Part shown: piece after piece, positions 6,352-14,317 of the stretch
Layout: each line of letters starts with the position of its first letter
Numbering within the stretch: position 1 is the first letter of the stretch
NCBI GenBank assembly: GCA_038046345.1
Contig: JBBSWJ010000009.1
Coordinates: forward strand, 1 to 14,317
DNA length: 14,317 nucleotides
Source of the DNA: Nanobdellota archaeon
GTDB lineage: Archaea; Nanobdellota; Nanobdellia; SCGC-AAA011-G17; JACPNG01
Direction: 5' to 3'
Notes under the pieces: model-generated
What the model saw: only the letters and a program-made list of their open reading frames with translations
Databases searched by the model: none
Told to the model about the DNA's origin: nothing
Program-made: the position numbers and the translations under genes

Positions 6352-7764
6352 ATGATTGATTATCAAAAGCTAAACTTTAAGTGTGGTTTAGAAATTCATC
6401 AGCAATTAAACACTAATAAGCTTTTTTGTGATTGCCCCAGCCTAGTAAACGATGGCGCAGAGCCAGATATATTTTTTTCTAGGAAGCTTCGAGCAGTTGC
6501 AGGTGAGTCAGGTATGATAGATAACGCTGCTAAATTTGAATCTAAAAAGAATCGTATTTTCAAATATGAAGCTTGTTCGTCCAGTGCTTGTTTGGTAGAG
6601 CTAGATGAAGAGCCACCGCATATGGTTAATAGGCACGCAGTTGAAGTTGTAGTACAAGTAGCTAAATTGTTTAAGGCTGTTCTTGTTGATGAAGTGCAGT
6701 TCATGCGTAAAACTGTTATTGATGGTAGTAATGTTTCTGGTTTCCAGAGAACAGCTTTGATTGCTTATAATGGGATGTTGGATACCAGCAAAGGGCCTGT
6801 AAAAATTGACTCAATATGCCTGGAGGAGGAGTCAGCTAAGAAGATAAAGGTAAAAGACGATACTGTCACTTACAGGATAGATCGTTTGGGTGTTCCATTA
6901 ATAGAGATTGCTACTGATGCATCAATTAAAGATCCAGCTCATTGTAAAGAGGTTGCTTATCTAATTGGAATGTTTTTACGTTCTACTGGCAGAGTAAGAA
7001 GGGGTATTGGTTCCATCCGTCAAGATGTAAACTTAAGCATTCAGTCTTCTTCACGTGTTGAGCTTAAAGGGTTTCAAGACATTCGCATAATTGAAGGAGT
7101 CATAGAAACAGAGGTAAAACGATTGCAAGCCGTAAAAGAGCATAAACCAGAGGTAAGAAAAGTAAACACTGACAGTTCCACTAAGTTCTTACGTCCAATG
7201 CCTGGCGCATCAAGGATGTATCCAGAAACTGATATACCAACATTTTCTTTTTCAAAAAGTTTTATCAACGCAATTAGCATACCAGAATTAATAACTGAAA
7301 AGGCTGCTCGTTTAGAACAAGATTTTAATCTTGGATCAGATCTATCACGTGAACTTGTTGAGCATGAGGGGCACTTTGCTACCTACCTGAAACAGTTTCC
7401 TAATTTAGAGCCATTGCTTATTGCTCGTACTATGATCGAAATGCCTAAAGAGATAAAGAAACGATTTCAAATAAAACCTTTACATGGGCATATTGAGTAC
7501 GTTCTTGATTTGGTTAATCAGGGTAAAATACAAGCAGGGAACATATTTAATACATTATTATTAAAAGCGCAGGGTAAAACTGTTGATCTTTCAAAGTTCA
7601 CACCAGTTGATGAGGATGAAGTTCGTGAGTTTATTACAGTGTTTTTTCAAAAAAATCCTGATTCAAGACCCAATGTTGTTATGGGTGAGGTAATGAAAAA
7701 TTTTAGTGGGCGTATTGATGGAAAGCGTGCGATGGAGCTTGTTATGGAAGCCGGTAAACAATAG
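6352..7764 (+). CDS. gatE: Glu-tRNA(Gln) amidotransferase subunit E, short form
   Basis: KCGLEIHQQL, KLFCDCP, LVELDEEPPH, MRKTVIDGSNVSGFQRT, DRLGVPLIEIAT, RGIGSIRQDVNLSI, RPMPGASRMYPETD, and a C-terminal GatB/YqeY-like tail (VMGEVMK...GRIDGK). Confidence 0.96.
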   Translation: MIDYQKLNFKCGLEIHQQLNTNKLFCDCPSLVNDGAEPDIFFSRKLRAVAGESGMIDNAAKFESKKNRIFKYEACSSSACLVELDEEPPHMVNRHAVEVVVQVAKLFKAVLVDEVQFMRKTVIDGSNVSGFQRTALIAYNGMLDTSKGPVKIDSICLEEESAKKIKVKDDTVTYRIDRLGVPLIEIATDASIKDPAHCKEVAYLIGMFLRSTGRVRRGIGSIRQDVNLSIQSSSRVELKGFQDIRIIEGVIETEVKRLQAVKEHKPEVRKVNTDSSTKFLRPMPGASRMYPETDIPTFSFSKSFINAISIPELITEKAARLEQDFNLGSDLSRELVEHEGHFATYLKQFPNLEPLLIARTMIEMPKEIKKRFQIKPLHGHIEYVLDLVNQGKIQAGNIFNTLLLKAQGKTVDLSKFTPVDEDEVREFITVFFQKNPDSRPNVVMGEVMKNFSGRIDGKRAMELVMEAGKQ

Positions 7765-8418
7765 TTATTTGTATTCAAGATATTTTGTTGCTGCTAAGAC
7801 TCGTAAATCATCTCTAGGAAGGTCTGCTAATCTCTGCTTAAATAGCATTCTTAATTTTCTAATTTCTTTTTTTATAAATGTTTTAGTTGTGTCAATATCA
7901 TCTTTATACCCATGTTTCTTGTATGCGTTTAGCTCATTGTTTAGTGCGCGTATCTCCATAATGTGGTATACTACAATTTCTAAAAATGGTGTAGTATCTA
8001 TTTCTTCTTGAGCAATAATTCTTCCGTTAGGCAAGCATAATCCATGAAAGTTATCTCTTACATGCTGTAGTTCATGAAAGGAGTAAATTATTCTGAATGT
8101 TACTTCTGAAAGACTTGCAAAACTGAGTGGCGTGCAAACTATATGCTGTTTTGTCTCATGCCCAAGATCATTGAGGGCTGGTACAAACATTAGTGCGTGG
8201 GTTATAAAACCAGTATAGTCTTTATCAAGTTTGCGTATTTCATTTGTGTCAGTAGTATTCCCTGCCATTATACGTTTAAATTTTTCTTTGTGTCTTCCGT
8301 CTGGATCATAAAGTAATTTTTCTAGTTCTTTTGCCGGATACCGCCTTTGTAGCGCATTGCAGTATGCTTGAGGATTTACACACTCGAGTTTTGCTTGTTC
8401 ATACAGTTCTTCTAACAT
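7765..8418 (-). CDS. Hypothetical protein with a zincin-like HExxH motif (putative metallopeptidase)
   Basis: HELQH at residues 115-119 (8076-8062) and MEIRA at about residue 155 (candidate third zinc ligand). The start overlaps the upstream phosphoesterase gene by 20 nt. Confidence 0.6.
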   Translation of the reverse strand: MLEELYEQAKLECVNPQAYCNALQRRYPAKELEKLLYDPDGRHKEKFKRIMAGNTTDTNEIRKLDKDYTGFITHALMFVPALNDLGHETKQHIVCTPLSFASLSEVTFRIIYSFHELQHVRDNFHGLCLPNGRIIAQEEIDTTPFLEIVVYHIMEIRALNNELNAYKKHGYKDDIDTTKTFIKKEIRKLRMLFKQRLADLPRDDLRVLAATKYLEYK

Positions 8419-9121
8419 AGTTTTTTATGTTCTTAACTTCTCCAAAATTATAAATTTTATCTTCTGCTACGTACACCTTAAATTTTGACAAATCTTTTGG
8501 TATGTACGGGCTCAATCTTTTTTCTTGGAATATATCTGATCCTATTGTTAACATGTTAAAACTAGGCATTATGATTAGTTTTTTCTTTTTGTATCTTCCT
8601 TTTAAGAAACATTTGTATAACTCTTTTCTTCCATCCTTGCTTAGCGATATTGCTGGATGTTCATTACCAATTATTATTACTTTACTATCAATCTCTTCAA
8701 ATATTTTATCTCCATGGCATATGAAGTACTCATCAATTTTATAATATGGTATCAATAATATTCCTTTCTTTTTTGTTATGGGTTCAAGTATCACATCATG
8801 GTTTCCTTTTATTATTATTAACTCTTGGCATCTTTCTTGTAAGAAGTCTATAAAGTTTAAAACATTTTTCCATTCATAGCTCATTATGCTTCCGAATTCA
8901 TGTTTTAGGTCGCCATTAATTAGAATTTTTTTAGGTTTAACATTGTCTAGCATTTTTTTCATTTTTTCAACGGTTTCTTTATACTGAAATCTTGGTACTA
9001 ATATGCCCCTATTATTTAATGATTCCTCGTATCCAAGATGTATATCTCCGACTATCAACAAGTCTTGTTTTTCTAAGTATAATCCTAAATCTATAATCTT
9101 TACATTTTTGTCTATGTACAT
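8399..9121 (-). CDS. Calcineurin-like metallophosphoesterase (Lhr-associated MPE / SbcD-related type)
   Basis: GDIHLG, NGDLKHEF, KGNHD, HGD, GNEHP, PSFN motifs. Translationally coupled to lhr (TAATG at 9121). Confidence 0.9.
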   Translation of the reverse strand: MYIDKNVKIIDLGLYLEKQDLLIVGDIHLGYEESLNNRGILVPRFQYKETVEKMKKMLDNVKPKKILINGDLKHEFGSIMSYEWKNVLNFIDFLQERCQELIIIKGNHDVILEPITKKKGILLIPYYKIDEYFICHGDKIFEEIDSKVIIIGNEHPAISLSKDGRKELYKCFLKGRYKKKKLIIMPSFNMLTIGSDIFQEKRLSPYIPKDLSKFKVYVAEDKIYNFGEVKNIKNYVRRTV

Positions 9122-12100
9122 TAGCCGCCCTTCATCTTTATTTTAAGCATCACATCTTTATGGATTCTTTTTAAAAATTCTATCTTATCATCAGCTTTCA
9201 TTATATCCATCTTGCCTTGTAATACAAGATTAAATGCGAATGGGCTGGGGATATTTGTGTGTACTTCTTTTATTGTTATTTTTCCATCTTCTATTTCTTT
9301 CATTACATTTTTTGCGTTCTCAATATCCATTAAGTCTTCTAATATCTCCCTCCTTGTTTCTTTTAATATAGGGAAGTTTTCGCTTATTTTTCTGACTGCG
9401 CTTAGTAAGATCATTGATGATACCTGTTGTCTTCCAACTCTCTTTGTTTGGCCTTTGTAAGTCCTCAGTATCATTAATGCTCTTGTTGCACAATGTCTAA
9501 ACCTTCTTTTAATAATCTCTGTCTTGTCTATTGCTAATGCCATTATCTTATCCATGTCTTTGCTTTTTATTTTGTTAAGTACTCCTGTAACATTTATTCT
9601 TTTGTCAAATGATAAATAAAACCCGTTGTCATTAACTCCAATCTCTAAGTCTTTTTTTTCTGTTTTTGATACTGCATATGCAACAGCTCTTGATAATACT
9701 TCATTTACTTTTCTGCCGTACAATGCATGAAAAACCACATACTTTTTTTTATCTTCGTCATAATGCTCCATCAGTATTTTTTTTTCATGTGGTATTTCTA
9801 AGTATTTATACTGTTCATAAAAGTAATTGAATATTGCTTCTGCTGTGTTTAAATCAACATAAAGATATTCTTGTATAAATTTTAACACTTCTTCTTTATC
9901 GTATTTTTTAAGTTTTTCTTCCATTAATTTTCTAAACTTCTGTATGCCCATTGCTAAATCAAAACTTAATGGTAGCATGTCTGACACCCATGATGGAACT
10001 GTTGGTGTTCTTCCAATTGCTGTACTTACGTAAGCTACCATCCCCTTTGCGTGCTTAAACTGATATGTATTACCGCCTAGAACAAATATATCCCCTGGTT
10101 TTAGTTTTTCTAAGAAGTTTTCATCTATTTTTCCAATGATGTAATCACCTATCTTAACACTAATAAAACTTTCATCCGGTATTGTGCCTATGTTTGTCAT
10201 GTATATGATCCTGGCTAGTTTTCCTCTCTTTCCTATCATTCCTGTTTCTTCATCGTACCATATTTTTGCATAAATATGCCTTTCTTCCAACGTGCTGTAC
10301 TTTCCGGATAAATAGTCTATTACTTCTAAGAACTCCTCCCACTTTAAAGTTTGATAACAGTAACTATTTTTGATCAGGGCATACAACTCTTTGATATTGA
10401 TCTGTTCTGATATTGCTATTCCATATATTTGTTGTGCTAGTACATCTAAACAATTTGTTGGAATATGTATCCGGTCTATATTGTGTTCTACTACATGCTT
10501 AGATAATACTGCATTTTCTATTAAATCATCCCGGTCTAAAACAATGATCCTTCCTTTGATGGTATCATGCAATTTATGCCCGGCTCTTCCACAATTATGC
10601 ATAAGTAATGATTCTGCATAATAGTTATTAGGCTCACTTTTGAGAGTTATATTATAAACTTGCTGCTTTTTGTTTTCTTTAGTAATAGTAAGAATTTTTG
10701 TCCAACTGATATTAGCATCTACATCTTTCTCATTTGGTCCTTTGTTATAATGTTTATTTTTTAAAAATTGGGCTTTCTTACCATACAAAGTACAATACTT
10801 CAAAAATTCTTGAACGTGTTTATTTCTTCCGATCTTTAAGCAGTATCCCTCATCTGAGGTTATTTTTTTAATAACTTTTGATGTTTTAGCCTGCTGATAA
10901 ACAAAATAATTATGTATTCCACACCGGTTTAATAAGTTATGAATCCCAAGCATAAATTTTTTGCTTGAGGAAAATATGCGAATATTGATATCTTTATTTC
11001 CATCTCCTTCTAAAACTCCTTCTATAAATGGGATGATAAGGTCTTTTGGGAGTTTATTAAGTATGTTTGAAACTTCTATATTATGACTTTTTCCCTTGCC
11101 TATTTTTATTCCGAGTGCCGAAAATATTGCTACAACAAATTGGGCCCCGCAATCAAGTGAATAAAATTTCCGTTTTTTATCGTATCTTATTTTTGGATAA
11201 AACCCGATTTCATTATAAATCCTTCTGCATCGTTCTAATAATCTTTTATCTTTGTTTCCAATCTTTATTTTTATGTCTGATGAGTAAGCTGATTTGGTTA
11301 ATGCTCCATCAGAAGCGACAACACCCGCAAGCCACATCAAATCCTTTGTAAATTTTAGTGGTAAAGGTTTTCTATGATGGGATTTACTCTTAATTTCTTG
11401 GAGATAAAACAAATATTGTTTTTTTTGAACATTGCATATCTTCATCAATTTTAAGAATGTATCAAGCCTAATTGATTTTCTCCTCCCTTTTTTACGCATA
11501 TAATTTTGGAGGGTATTTTGATGGATTCCAACCCTTTTGGCTATACCGCTGTAATCACACCTTTTTTTTTGGACATATCTATCAACAATTTTCCTTAAGA
11601 AATCATCTTGATTTTCTACATAAAATTTATGTTTTGGGATTATTTCATATAGATATAATGTGCTTTTATTTTTTAAATCAAAGATTTCTGCAACATATTC
11701 CCCCTCAGTAAGCTGACTTGCGTTCTTCCACCCAGTTTGAGTCATTATGGGATGTTCATAGGTACAGCGAAGCAGTGATCCCGAATGTAACTTAATATTG
11801 AGAATCTGTCTTGATATGCTTTTATGATAATCTATGATCTTATTTTTTACAAAATTTTTTCTTTTTATATCATAAGATTGAATTGGAACATCAAGCTTAT
11901 GCTCTACAATTTCACCAATAGTTTTATATGTGCCGTCGCTTAGAAGAATACGGCTATCATATGGTAAGCACCTTTGTTTTGCCCTTGCTACTGACTTTGG
12001 GCTTCCTAATAATATCACTAAATCAATATACCCAATATCTATCCCTAATTCAAGTGATGTGCTTGTAACGCATACTTTTAATTTTCCTTCCCTCATTTTT

Positions 12101-13065
12101 TGTTCGAGATCTAATCTGTGTTCCCTGCTTAATGATCCGTGATGTGCGCCTATGTTTTCGCTGTAGTTTTTTGGAAATTTTGTTTTTAGATGATTTACAA
12201 CTCTCTCAGTTCCTGCACGTGTATTTGTAAATATTATAGTTGTTTTGTGTTCTTGTATTAGTTGGTCTAACAATTCATATGTTTGTTTATTCATTGAGTC
12301 GTATGTTGTTTCAATTAGGTCTTTTACTGGGCTTATAACTTTTAGGTCTAGTTCTTTTAAGAATGGTGCATCTACGATTATGCAGTCTTTGTTTCCGACT
12401 AGATACATTGCAACCGTTTCTAATGGCGCGACGGTAGCACTCAAACCGATCCTGCACGCCCCCGGGCTTAATTGTTGTAATCGTTCTAATGTTAATGATA
12501 AATGTACTCCTCGTTTATTTTCTGCTAAACTATGCAGCTCATCAACTGCTATCCAGTCTACTTTTCTTAGATGTTCTTTAAACTTTATAGTGTTTAATAA
12601 TATCCCTAAACTTTCTGGAGTTGTTATCAATATATGCGGTGGCTTTGCTGCCATTTTTGCTCTTTCTGCTGTGGTAGTATCACCGGTTCTTACTCCAATT
12701 CGTATCCCTAATTTCTTTCCATAAATTTCTTCCATTTCCTTTAATGGTTCTTTTAGATTTACTTCAATATCATTTGATAATGCTTTTAGTGGTGATATGT
12801 ACACACAATAAGTTCGATCTTCTAGTATTCCTTTTTCTGATGAGTCTACTAGTTCATTTAATATGGATAAGAAACATGTTAGACTCTTTCCGCTTCCAGT
12901 GCTAGCGCTTACAAGTATATTATTTCTGCTGTGTATTTCTAATAATCCGTATAACTGTGGTGGTGTAAATTTTTGAAATTTCTGTTTAAACCACTGTTTT
13001 ACTAATGGGTGCATCACGTTAAAAATTTCTTCTTCGCTATTTGGTTCGGTTTTTTTAGTGATCAT
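9121..13065 (-). CDS. lhr: Archaeal Lhr-family SF2 helicase precursor containing one intein (about 855 aa after splicing)
   Basis: STGSGKS, SPLKAL, TGDT, DELH, SAT, IFTNTR, HHGSLS, TSTSLELGIDIG, QR/[intein]/CGRAGH, LDVLAQQI, NIGTIPD, PSPFA. Confidence 0.93.
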   Translation of the reverse strand: MITKKTEPNSEEEIFNVMHPLVKQWFKQKFQKFTPPQLYGLLEIHSRNNILVSASTGSGKSLTCFLSILNELVDSSEKGILEDRTYCVYISPLKALSNDIEVNLKEPLKEMEEIYGKKLGIRIGVRTGDTTTAERAKMAAKPPHILITTPESLGILLNTIKFKEHLRKVDWIAVDELHSLAENKRGVHLSLTLERLQQLSPGACRIGLSATVAPLETVAMYLVGNKDCIIVDAPFLKELDLKVISPVKDLIETTYDSMNKQTYELLDQLIQEHKTTIIFTNTRAGTERVVNHLKTKFPKNYSENIGAHHGSLSREHRLDLEQKMREGKLKVCVTSTSLELGIDIGYIDLVILLGSPKSVARAKQRCLPYDSRILLSDGTYKTIGEIVEHKLDVPIQSYDIKRKNFVKNKIIDYHKSISRQILNIKLHSGSLLRCTYEHPIMTQTGWKNASQLTEGEYVAEIFDLKNKSTLYLYEIIPKHKFYVENQDDFLRKIVDRYVQKKRCDYSGIAKRVGIHQNTLQNYMRKKGRRKSIRLDTFLKLMKICNVQKKQYLFYLQEIKSKSHHRKPLPLKFTKDLMWLAGVVASDGALTKSAYSSDIKIKIGNKDKRLLERCRRIYNEIGFYPKIRYDKKRKFYSLDCGAQFVVAIFSALGIKIGKGKSHNIEVSNILNKLPKDLIIPFIEGVLEGDGNKDINIRIFSSSKKFMLGIHNLLNRCGIHNYFVYQQAKTSKVIKKITSDEGYCLKIGRNKHVQEFLKYCTLYGKKAQFLKNKHYNKGPNEKDVDANISWTKILTITKENKKQQVYNITLKSEPNNYYAESLLMHNCGRAGHKLHDTIKGRIIVLDRDDLIENAVLSKHVVEHNIDRIHIPTNCLDVLAQQIYGIAISEQINIKELYALIKNSYCYQTLKWEEFLEVIDYLSGKYSTLEERHIYAKIWYDEETGMIGKRGKLARIIYMTNIGTIPDESFISVKIGDYIIGKIDENFLEKLKPGDIFVLGGNTYQFKHAKGMVAYVSTAIGRTPTVPSWVSDMLPLSFDLAMGIQKFRKLMEEKLKKYDKEEVLKFIQEYLYVDLNTAEAIFNYFYEQYKYLEIPHEKKILMEHYDEDKKKYVVFHALYGRKVNEVLSRAVAYAVSKTEKKDLEIGVNDNGFYLSFDKRINVTGVLNKIKSKDMDKIMALAIDKTEIIKRRFRHCATRALMILRTYKGQTKRVGRQQVSSMILLSAVRKISENFPILKETRREILEDLMDIENAKNVMKEIEDGKITIKEVHTNIPSPFAFNLVLQGKMDIMKADDKIEFLKRIHKDVMLKIKMKGG
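10594..11970 (-). mobile_element. Intein (459 aa) with LAGLIDADG homing endonuclease
   Basis: Block A CLPYDSRILLSDG (Cys366), block B CTYEHP, endonuclease motifs LAGVVASDG and FIEGVLEGDG, block F VYNITL, terminal HN, and +1 Cys. Removing it restores motif VI QRCGRAGH. Confidence 0.95.
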
Positions 13066-13088
13066 ATGGAACTTTCAAAAAGAACAAC

Positions 13089-13160
13089 TTAAAAGGCTTA
13101 TGTGAATATGGCGCAATGGTATTTCTTAAACAGCAGCGGTGTTAAAAATAAATTTATAAA
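13089..13160. promoter_or_regulatory. Divergent TATA-like boxes for lhr and the receiver-like gene
   Basis: Minus-strand TTTTAAG (13095-13089), 23 nt before the lhr ATG. Plus-strand TTTATAAA (13153-13160), 22 nt before the ATG at 13183. Confidence 0.45.
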
Positions 13161-13182
13161 CTTTTACTCTCTTAAAATATTC

Positions 13183-13644
13183 ATGGCTGTTATACTAATT
13201 GGTGGTCCTCAAGTAATTGATGGAATACTTGATCCAGTTCATGATGATCTTGTTAAAAAATTAGCTATTGGTGGCGATACTGTAGCGTATCATCGTCAAG
13301 GATTTGGGATGGTGCTTGATCTTTTGGCGGGTACTAATCTTAGGGTAATATGGCATGAGAGACAAATAACCGGAATGCTTGATCTACCAGCAGATATAGT
13401 ATTATGTGACACTAGATTATTTTTCTCAGATTATACGTTAGATAATAGGATTAAAGAATTTCCTAATGTTGTACGCAAGCTGAAAAAGCCAGGTGCTCCG
13501 GTTATAATTTTAGTTGAAGAAGGCTTGTCAGAGCGATACAAATCGTATGTTAACCGCGCAGGTTTTATTCAAGTTGATCAGCCTTATGATGTAGATGGAT
13601 TAGTTGAGCGTGTTAAAAAAACATATCACGCTAAGATAAATTAA
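13183..13644 (+). CDS. Atypical receiver (CheY-like) domain protein
   Basis: DIVLCDTRL (beta3 Asp), PVIILV (beta4) and DQPYDVDGLVERVKK (beta5-alpha5, KP replaced by QP). Start moved from 13102 to 13183 because a TATA box lies inside the longer ORF's leader. Confidence 0.5.
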   Translation: MAVILIGGPQVIDGILDPVHDDLVKKLAIGGDTVAYHRQGFGMVLDLLAGTNLRVIWHERQITGMLDLPADIVLCDTRLFFSDYTLDNRIKEFPNVVRKLKKPGAPVIILVEEGLSERYKSYVNRAGFIQVDQPYDVDGLVERVKKTYHAKIN

Positions 13645-14317
13645 CTAAAATAAGTTTTTTTGTTGCTTTTGTTAGTATTATTGGTCTGTTATGGGTTACA
13701 TGGATGGTATCTTCAACTCTTATGCTTATAGTCTTATTGAGATATATTCCTGGCTCAATTGTGATTATATCATCTTCCTTGAGTATATGCGGTGATTTTC
13801 TGCTAATCTTTGGTTTTTGATGAATCCTATATCCAACTCCATGACCTAATGCATGGCAGAAGTATTTATTGTATTGTCCAAGTAATTTTTTTGCGTATAA
13901 TCCTATTTCTTTGCAGTTTGCACCGGGCTTTACTTTTTTTATGCATTTTTCTTGGCAGTTTAATATTAGTTTATAGAGTTTTTTATCTTTTTTTGTTGGT
14001 TTTCCTATGAATAACATTCTTGTCATGTCAGAAGCGTTTTTTCCGTATCTTGCTCCGAAGTCTAATAACAAAAATCCATTTTCTAATTTTTTCTTTCTTG
14101 GTTTTTTATGCAGTTCTGTTATATTGCATGGGTTTTCTGGTGCGTAATTATTAGACACTATTGGATGGTATGCCTTTCTTACTCTGTGATCTTTAAACCT
14201 TTTAAGTATAAATTTTTCTATGTCCTTTTCTGTTTTAAAATTAAAATTCTTAATTATTTCATTAAATATTCTTGTATTAATTTCACAAGCTTTTTTTATT
14301 TCATCAACTTTTTTCAT
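13631..14317 (-). CDS. M24 family (Xaa-Pro aminopeptidase/prolidase-like) peptidase
   Basis: Metal-ligand motifs DFGARYGKNASDMTR, HALGHGVG..IH, TIEPGIY, IRVEDT. The ATG is at the window edge, so the true start may lie further out. Confidence 0.9.
   Translation of the reverse strand: MKKVDEIKKACEINTRIFNEIIKNFNFKTEKDIEKFILKRFKDHRVRKAYHPIVSNNYAPENPCNITELHKKPRKKKLENGFLLLDFGARYGKNASDMTRMLFIGKPTKKDKKLYKLILNCQEKCIKKVKPGANCKEIGLYAKKLLGQYNKYFCHALGHGVGYRIHQKPKISRKSPHILKEDDIITIEPGIYLNKTISIRVEDTIHVTHNRPIILTKATKKLILVNLS

Noticed and set aside
6399-12724. Short ORFs within or antisense to gatE, the HExxH gene, MPE and lhr
   Set aside because: Shadow ORFs over well-supported genes.
13102-13182. 27-aa N-terminal extension of the receiver-like ORF
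   Set aside because: It contains a TATA box and overlaps the lhr promoter region. The ATG at 13183 fits better.
1-14317. CRISPR arrays, tRNA/rRNA genes, IS elements
   Set aside because: No regularly spaced repeats, cloverleaf signatures, transposase motifs or terminal inverted repeats were seen by eye. A formal scan was not run.

Overview
AT-rich archaeal window. GatDE, an FtsZ2-type FtsZ, an Lhr helicase and TATA-box promoters show it is archaeal; a DPANN/Woesearchaeota-like source is an inference. Left end (1-1620) is a decayed type I restriction-modification locus that the ORF track misses: the 5' start of hsdR runs off the window, a frameshifted and 5'-truncated hsdS remnant lies upstream, and an intact wHTH-nucleotidyltransferase/HEPN toxin-antitoxin-like pair sits between them, translationally coupled to hsdR. 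Next come ftsZ (with a palindrome around its TATA box), gatD, a doubly frameshifted hypothetical gene, an orphan gene, and a short GatE lacking the AspRS-like insertion domain. A minus-strand operon follows: Lhr helicase (with a 459-aa LAGLIDADG intein in motif VI), metallophosphoesterase and HExxH protein. The window ends with an atypical receiver-like protein and an M24 peptidase. No tRNA, rRNA or CRISPR array was recognised. All family calls come from motif recognition by eye; no database search was run.
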